A DNA stretch of 64,000 nt from an uncultured Holophagales bacterium. Lineage in GTDB: Bacteria; Acidobacteriota; Thermoanaerobaculia; Multivoradales; UBA5704. Made by a program: the position numbers and the translations under genes. Position 1 is the stretch's first letter. The number at the start of each line of letters is the position of its first letter. The DNA lies in contig CAWJGT010000019.1 of assembly GCA_963842525.1 (NCBI GenBank), forward strand, positions 448,001-512,000, in the 5' to 3' direction. Under the pieces are notes generated by a model, which ran no database searches, was not told where the DNA came from, and saw nothing but the letters and a program-made list of their open reading frames with translations. Shown piece after piece: positions 51,601 to 60,600 of this stretch.

Positions 51601-54600
51601 GGCCGATCCCGGACCTGGCGCTGCACGTCCTGGATCCCAAGCTGGAGCCCCAGCCGCTCGGGGTGCCAGGGGAGATCTGCGTCGGCGGCGGAGGGCTCGC
51701 CCTGGGCTACCTGAACCGGCCGGACCTGACGGCGGAGCGCTTCGTCCCCGATCCCTTCGGGTCTCCTGGAACGCGCCTGTACCGCTCGGGCGACCTGGCG
51801 CGGCGGCTGACGGATGATTTGGAATACCTGGGGCGCATCGACCAGCAGGTCAAGATCCGCGGCTTCCGCATCGAGCTGGGCGAGATCGAGGCGGCGCTGT
51901 CGAGCCATCCCGCTGTACGCGAGGCGGTCGTGGTCGCCCGTGAAGGGCAGCTCGTCGCCTACGTGGTGGCCGCTCCCGATCAGGAGGAGCCCACGCTCGA
52001 AGATCTGCGGTCGGCGCTTACAGCCCATCTGCCGGACTACATGCTGCCCTCGGCGTTCGTGCTGCTGCCGGCCCTGCCGCTGACCGCCCATGGCAAGGTG
52101 GACCGGCGGGCCCTGCCGGAGCCGGAGTGGAGACCGGCGCAACGGCAGTCGGTCGCGCCGCGCACGGACCTCGAAAGGCTGGTGGCCCACCTGTTCGCGG
52201 AGACGCTGGGGCTCGACCGGGTGGGAGTGCACGAGGACTTCTTCGAGCTCGGCGGCAGCTCGATCACCGGTGCCATCCTGATCAACCGGCTCCAGGAGGC
52301 GACCGGCGAGGCCATTCCGGTGGTGGCGATCTTCGAGACGCCGACCGTCGCCGGCCTGGCCGAGCGCCTGTCTCCCTCCGCGGTGCGCCTTGGCGATCAG
52401 GCGCCGCCGCTCGTCCCGGTGCCGCGTGAGCGCGACCTTCCGCTCTCCTTCGCCCAGCAGCGGCTCTGGTTCCTCGACCGGATGGAACCGGGGAGCCCGG
52501 CCTACAACCTGCCCAACGCCGTGCGCATCCGCGGCCGGCTCGACGTGCCGGCGCTCGGCCGCACGCTCCAGGAGTTGGTGCGTCGCCACGAGACGCTACG
52601 CACCTCCTTCGCGCTGCGTAATCGCCAGCCGGTGCAGGTCATTGCGCCGGATGTCCTGGCGGGGGTTTTCGCTCTGCCGGTCGTCGACCTGGCCGCGCTC
52701 CCGGAGGAGGCCCGCGAAGCCGCACTGCCCGCCGAAGCCGCGGCCGAGGCGCTCCGGCCGTTCGACCTGAGCCGGGCACCGCTGCTGCGCGCCACGCTGC
52801 TGCGGCTGGGGGATGACGACCACGCCCTGCTCCTCACCATGCACCACATCGTCTCGGACGCCTGGTCGATGGGGGTCCTCGTCACCGAGGTGACGCGGCT
52901 CTACGGCGCCTTCGTCCGTGGCGAGCCCTCGCCGCTCCCCGCGCTGCCGGTCCAGTACGCGGATTTCGCGGTCTGGCAGCGCCAGTGGCTCCAGGGCGAC
53001 GTGCTGGCGGCCCAGCTTGCGTACTGGCGGCAGCAGCTCGCCGGCGCGCCGGTGCTCCAGCTCCCCACTGACCGGCCGCGTCCCGCGGTGCAGACCTGGC
53101 GCGGCGCCGATTTCTCCTTCCTGTTGCCGGCTCCCCTCATCCAGTCGCTGACCGCTCTCGGTCATCGGCACGGGCGCCACCGGGCCACGCTGTTCATGAC
53201 GCTCCTGGCGGGCGCCCAGCTCCTGCTCTCCCGGTACAGCGGCCAGGACGACGTCACCGTGGGCTCGACGATCGCCAACCGTACGCGGCCCGAGCTGGAG
53301 GGCCTGATCGGGTTCTTCGTCAATACGCTTGCCCTGCGGCTGGATTTGACGGGGGACCCGTCGTTCGCGGACCTCCTGGACCGGGCGCGGGAGGTGACCG
53401 TCGGCGCCTATGCCCACCAGGACCTGCCGTTCGAGCAGCTCGTGGCCGAGATCCAGCCGGAACGGGACCTCGGACGCTCGCCGCTCTTCCAGGTCCTCGT
53501 CCAGCTCCAGAACACCCCGGCCGGCACCGCGGAGCCGGCGCCCGGCCTGGTCCTGGAGCCTGTCCAGAAGCCGGGCCAGACCGCGAAGTTCGACCTGGTC
53601 CTGAACCTGGCCGAGACCGCCGAGGGCCTCTGGGGCCAGTGGAAGTACAACCGCGACCTGTTCGAGGAGGCGACGATCGCCCGCCTGTCGAGCGATCTGG
53701 AGACCCTGCTCGCCGCGGTGGCGGCGGAGCCGGAGCGCCGGATCGCGGAGCTGCCGCTGCTGCATGGCGAGGAACGGCGCCAGCTCCTGCCGCAGGCACC
53801 GGCCGCCCCGGTGGCCGCCTTCACGGGTGCGACCCTGGGCTACGCCGAGCTGGTCGAGCCGCGCAACGAGGTCGAGCGGTTCGTGGCCGGCCTCTTCGCC
53901 GAGGCCCTGGGGCTCGACCGGGTGGGAGTCCACGAGGACTTCTTCGCGCTCGGTGGCAATTCGATCACCGGCGCCATCCTGATCAACCAGCTCCAGGAGA
54001 CCCTCGGAGAGATCGTCCAGGTGGTGGTGATCTTCGACGCCCCGACAGTCGCCGAGCTGGCCGACTACCTGGCGCGCGAGCATCCGCAGGCGGCGGAACG
54101 GCTCTGGGGCCTGGCCGCCGTGGAGCAACGAGGAGCCGGGCGGGTCGGCGATGCGCAGATCGCGGCGCTCCGGGCGCTGTTGGGTGGCGGCGCCCCTCTC
54201 CCGCTCGGGGTGGGGGATGGTGGACGCGCGGGGGAGGGGTCGGGGGAGGGGGCCCTCTTCGTCCTGGCGCCGCCGCGCTCGGGCACCACACTCCTCCGCG
54301 TCATGCTCGGCGGCCATCCGGCTCTCTTCGCGCCGCCGGAGCTGGAGCTCCTGTCCTTCAACACCCTGGCCGAGCGCCGGGCCGCCTTCCCGGGCCGCGA
54401 CAGCTTCTGGCTGGAGGGGCTCGTCCGGGCCGTTATGGAGATCCGCGGCTGCGGCGCCGAGGAGGCCGCGGCCCTGATGGAGGACCTGGAACGGGAGGGG
54501 CTGACGACCGCCGAGCTCTACGGCCGGCTCCAGTCCTGGCTCGGCGGGCGGATGCTGGTGGACAAGACGCCGTCCTACGCCCTGGATCCCGCGGTCCTGC

Positions 54601-57600
54601 GACGGGCCGAGGAGGTCTTCGACGGGCCGCGCTACATCCATCTGATGCGCCACCCGCTCGGCATGATCCACTCGTTCGAGGAGGCCAAGCTCGACCAGAT
54701 CTTCTTCCGCTACGAGCACTCGTTCTCCCGCCGCGAGCTGGCCGAGCTGATCTGGACGGTGAGCCACCAGAACATCGTCGATCTCCTCCAGGACGTGCCT
54801 GCCGAGCGGCAGCACTGGGTCCACTTCGAGGAGCTGGTGCGCGAGCCGGAGCGCGTGCTGCGCGGGATCTGCGCCTTCCTGGGGATCGACTACCACCCCG
54901 CCATGGCGCAGCCCTACGAGGAAGGCTCCGCGCGGATGACCGACGGCCTGCACGCCGCGTCCCGGATGCTCGGCGACGTCAAGTTTCACCAGCACCAGGG
55001 CGTCGACGCCCGCGCCGCCGAGCGCTGGCGGGAGGAGCTCGGCGAGGAGGCCCTGGGCGAGCCGTCGCGGCAGATGGCGGCGCGGCTCGGGTATTCCCTG
55101 GAGACAGGCGGGAAGGAGCTGGGGCAGATCGCGTCCTCCGGCTGGCACGAGGGCGCTCCGCTCTCCTTCGCCCAGGAGCGGCTCTGGTTCCTCAGCCGGC
55201 TGGACCCCGATTCCGCGACCTACAACATCGCCGCCGCCCTGCGCCTCCGCGGCCGGCTCGACACGCCGGCCCTGGAGGGGGCTCTGCGGCAGATCCTGCG
55301 GCGCCATGCCGTGCTGCGGACGACCTTCGACGCCGTGGACGGCCGCGCGCGCCAGAACGTCGGACCCGTGGAGGGGTTGGACCTGCCGCTCGTCGATCTC
55401 TCCGCCCTGCCGGCCGCCCTGCGCGAGCCCGAGCTGCGGCGCCTGATCGACGAGGCGGCCCAGCTCTCCTTCGATCTGGAGCGCGACCTCCTGCTCCGTC
55501 CGCTCCTCCTGCGCCTGGGCCAGGACGAGCACGGCGCCGTCCTGGTGATGCACCACATCGCCGCGGACGGCTGGTCCATGGGTGTGCTGATCCGCGAGCT
55601 GGCCGCTCTCTACAGGGCTTTCACCCAGGGCCAGCCGTCGCCGCTGCCGGACCTGCCGATCCAGTATGCGGACTTCGCGCGCTGGCAGCGCGAGTGGTTG
55701 AAGGATGAGCGGCTCGACCGCGAGCTCGCCTTCTGGCGCGACGCGCTCGCCGAGGCGCCCGTTCTCCAGCTCCCCACCGACCGGCCGCGGCCCCCGGTGC
55801 AGACCTTCCGTGGAGGCAGGCGTTTCCTCCTGATGCCGGCACGGATCGGCGAGCCTCTGACCGCCGTGGGCCAAGGGGAGGGCGCGAGCCAGTTCATGAC
55901 TCTGCTGGCGGGCTTCGCCGCCCTCCTCGCCCGCTACGCCGGGCAGGATGACGTCTCGATCGGCACGCCCATCGCCGGCCGCACCCGGGCTGAAATTGAA
56001 GGGCTGATCGGGTTCTTCGTCAACACGTTGGTCCTGCGCACGGACCTGTCCGGTGATCCGCCGTTCCGCACCCTCCTCAGACGGGTACGGAGCGCCGCGG
56101 TCGCGGCCTTCGCCCACCAGGACCTCCCGTTCGAGAAGGTGGTCGAGGAGCTGCAGCCGGAGCGGGACCTGTCGCGCACGCCCCTCTTCCAGGTGATGTT
56201 CACCCTGCAGAACGCCCATTCCGAGACCCTGAAGCTGCCAGGGCTGACCCTGGAGCCCCTCGGCGCCGACACCGGGGCGGCCAAGTTCGACCTGACGCTG
56301 GCGATGGCCCAGGGTCCGGCGGGCCTCTTCGCAACGTTCGACTACAACCTCGACCTGTTCGACGGCCCGACGATCGACCGCATGGCCGAGCACCTCGCCA
56401 TGCTCCTGGAGGGAGTGGTCGCGGAGCCCGACCGCGCAGTCTCCGAGCTGCCGCTTCTGACCGCGGGCGAACAACACCAGCTCCTCGCCGAATGGCCGGG
56501 CACCGCTCCCGCGGGCTGTTCCGTCCCTGTCGATCAGCTCTTCCGCGAGCAGGCCGCGCGGACCCCGGGCGCCGTGGCGCTTCTGTTCGGCGACGAGCGG
56601 ATCACCTATGCCGAGCTGGACGAAAGGTCGGACCGGCTGGCCCGGGAGCTGGCGGCGGCCGGCGTGGGCCCCGAGGTCCGGGTCGCCGTCGCCCTGGAGC
56701 GCTCGCCCGCTCTGATTGAGGCGTTTTTCGGCGTGCTCAAGGCGGGCGGGGTGTACGTGCCGATCGATCCGTCCTATCCGGCGGAGCGGATCGAGTTGAT
56801 GCTGGAGGATTCCGGCGCGGCGGTGGTGCTGCGGGACCCTCACCCCCCTAGCCCCCCTCTCCCATCCGCACTCCCGATCCCCCTGGAGAGGGGGGAACAA
56901 AGCAGAAGCAGTCTTGAGCTAGAGAAGCTTTTCTCCCCTCTCCCGGGGGAAGGGAGTGCGGATGGGAGAGGGGCCGGGGGTGAGGGCCCCGCCTACGTCA
57001 TCTACACCTCCGGTTCCACCGGCCGACCCAAGGGCGTCGTCGCCCTCCACCGCGGCCTCGCGACCTTCAGCCTCGCTATGGCCGACGCACTGGGCCTCGG
57101 TCCCGGCGACCGCTTCCTGCAGTTCGCGTCGCCTTCCTTTGACGCCTCGGCCGTGCAGATCTTCCCAACGCTGCTGAGCGGGGCCACGCTCGTCCTTCAC
57201 CCCGATCCGACCGCGCTGTCTCCGGCCGAGCTGTTGGTCTTCTGCGCCGACCAGGGGGTGACCGTGCTCGACCTGCCGGGGGCTCTCTGGCGCCAGACGG
57301 TGCAGGAGATGGCGTCCGGCGCCGCGCCACATCCACCCGTCCGGGCCTGGTTGACGGGCGGCGAGAGCCTGTCCCTCGAAGCCCTGCGGCAGTGGGCCGG
57401 GACGGTGGACGGTGAGAGCCTGTTCCTCAGCTCCTACGGCCCTACCGAGGCCACGATCACCACGACCGTCTTCACCCTGCCCGCGCGGGAGGTCGCCTCC
57501 CTTCCTGCCTTCGGCGCTCCCGTGGGCCGGCCGCTCGGCGGTGCCGAGGTCTACCTGCTCGACGCGGCCCTGCAGCCGGTTCCGGCGGGCGTGGCGGGCG

Positions 57601-60600
57601 GCCTGTACATCGGGGGCTCCGGGCTCGCCCGCGGCTATCTCGACCGGCCCGAGCTGACCGCGGCGGCGTTCGTTCCCCACCCCCTGGCCGGTGGAGAGCC
57701 CGGAGCACGCCTCTACCGTACCGGCGACCTCGCGCGGTGGCGGCCGGACGGCTCGCTGGAGTTCCTCGGCCGGGCCGACCAGCAGGTCAAGATTCGCGGC
57801 TTCCGGGTGGAGCCGGGCGAGATCGAGGCGATCCTGGCGCGCCACCCCGCAGTCGCGGACGTCGCCGTCGGCGTGCACGAGGACCGGGGTGATCGCAACG
57901 ATCAGCGCCTGGTCGCCTGGGTGGTGCCCGCGGAAGCCGGGGATGCCCTCGTGCCGAAGCTGCGCGCGTTCCTCCGTGAGCGGCTGCCCGAGCACATGGT
58001 CCCCTCGGACTTCGTGCCCCTCGCCGCGATGCCGCTCACCCCGGGTGGCAAGGTGGACCGCCGCGCCCTGCCGGCGCCGGACCGCTCGCGGCCGGAGGAC
58101 GGCGCCGGCTTCGTTGCGCCGCGCGGTGCAGTGGAGGAGACCCTCGCCGCCGTCTGGTCCCGCCTGCTCGGGGTCGAGCGGGTGGGGGCGGACGACGACT
58201 TCTTCGAGCTGGGCGGCCATTCGCTCCTGGCCACCCAGCTCGTCTCGCGCCTCCGCGAGGTCTTCGGCGTCGAGCTCCCCCTGCGCCAGGTCTTCGAGGC
58301 GTCTCGCCTCGCCCGGCTGGCCGCGGTCGTCGAGGACGCCCGCCGCGACCAGCGGGGCATGGCGGTCCCGCCGCTCCAGCCTCTTCCCCGGACCGAGGAC
58401 GAGCCCCTGCCCCTCTCCTTCGCCCAGGAGCGCCTCTGGTTCCTCGATCAGCTCCAACCGGGGCGGCCGACCTACAACATGCCCACCGCCGTGCGGCTCG
58501 GCGGACCGCTGGACGCGATCGCCCTCGCCGCTGCTCTCGGCGAGGTCCGGCGGCGGCACGAGGCGCTGCGTACCCGCTTCCCGGTGCAGAGCGGTGCGCC
58601 GGCCCAGGTTATAGCTGAGCCCGACCCGTTCTCCCTGCCCCGGGTCGACCTCTCCCGGCTGGAGGGACCGGTCCGCGAGGCCGAGGCCACCCGCCTGGCC
58701 GTGGCAGAGTCCAGCCGGCCGTTCGACCTCGCCGCCGGACCGCTCCTGCGCGCCACCCTGGTGCGGCTGGCCGAGCGCGAGCACGTGCTCCTGATCACCC
58801 TGCACCACATCGTCTCGGACGGCTGGTCCATGGGTATCCTCATCGAGGAGCTGGGCCGGTCCTACCACGCCTTCGCAGCCGGTACCGGGCCTGACCTGCC
58901 CGCGCTGCCCGTCCAGTACGCCGACCATGCCCGCTGGCAACGCGGCTGGCTGCGCGGCGAGGCGCTCGCGGTCCAGCTCGGCTACTGGCGGGACAAGCTC
59001 GGCGGCGAGCCGGTATCCCTGGAGCTGCCTCTCGACCGGACCCGTCCGTCGGGTGACGTCTTCCGCGGCGCCCGGCAGACCGTCCATGTCCCTCTGGCCG
59101 CCCTGAAAGCCCTGGAGGCCCTCGGCCGGCGCGAGGAGGCCACCCCTTTCATGGCCCTGGTGGCCGCCTTCGAGGCGCTGCTCCACCGCGTCACCGGACA
59201 GACCGACATCTCGGTGGGCACGCCGATCGCCGGCCGCACCCGGAGCGAGACCGAAGGGCTGATCGGCCTGTTCCTCAACACCCTCGTCTTGCGGGACGAT
59301 TTGTCGAGAGATCCGACATTCCGCGAGCTGATCGGCCGTGTCCGGCGCACGGCCCTGGACGCCTACTCGCACCAGGACCTGCCGTTCGAGAAGATCGTCG
59401 AGGAGCTGCAACCGCAGCGCAGCTTCGGCCAGACGCCGTTCTTCCAGGCCATGTTCGTCCTGCAGAACACGCCGGCCGGCGCACTGGAGGCCGGGGAGCT
59501 GACCCTGGCGCCGGTCCCGGCCTATAACGAGACAGCGCGGTTCGATCTCACGATGTCCGTCTCCCAGACCCCCGCCGGCCTCTACGGCTGGCTGGAGCAC
59601 AAGCCCGACCTTCTCCACGCCACCACGGTCCAGCGCTGGATCGAGGGCTTCCGGCGCATTGTCGAAGCCGTCGCCGCCGATCCCGACCTGCGGCTCTCCG
59701 AGCTGCCCCTCCTGTCGGCCGCCGAACGCCATCAGGTCGTGAGCGAGTGGAACGATAGCGAAGCCCCAAGTCGGGACGTCTGTCTGCACGACCTGTTCGC
59801 GGAGCAGGTCGCGCGTACGCCTGGGGCCGTGGCCGTGATGGGCCTCGACGTGGATCTCACCTATGCGGAGCTGGCAGCCCGGGCGGAGGACCTGGCCGGC
59901 CGTCTGCGTGCCCAGGGCATCAGGCCCGGTGACCGGGTCGCGATCCTGATGCAGCCCTCGCCGGACCGTGTCGCGGCGGTGCTCGCCGTGCTTCAGGCCG
60001 GCGCGGCCTATGTCCCCCTGGACCCGGCCTATCCGCAGGAGCGGCTGGACTTCATGGTCCAGGATGCGGGTGCGTCGGTCGTGCTGACGGACCCTCACCC
60101 CCGGCCCCTCTCCCATCCGCACTCCCTCCCTCCGGGAGAGGGGAGGATTGCAGTGAGAAGGCTTCTTTCCTCCTCTCCCGGGGGATCGGGAGTGCGGATG
60201 GGAGAGGGGTCGGGGGTGAGGGCCTACGTCATCTACACCTCAGGCTCCACCGGCCAGCCCAAGGGCGTCATGATCGAGCACCGCCAGGCGGTCAACACGA
60301 TCCTCGACATCAACCGCCGCTTCGGAGTGGGGGAGCGGGACCGGGTCTTCGCCATCTCGGCCCTCTCCTTCGACCTGTCGGTCTGGGACCTCTTCGGCAC
60401 CCTGGCCGGCGGCGGCACGATCGTGCTGCCGCCGCCGCAGACCGAGGGGCCGGACCCGGCTGCCTGGGTGGAGCGGCTGGCGGCCTGCGGTGTCACGATC
60501 TGGAATTCGGCTCCACCTCTGCTGGAGATGCTGGTCGAGTCCGGAGCGCGGCTGCCGGCGACGTTGCGCCTGGCGATGCTCTCGGGCGACTGGATCCCGG

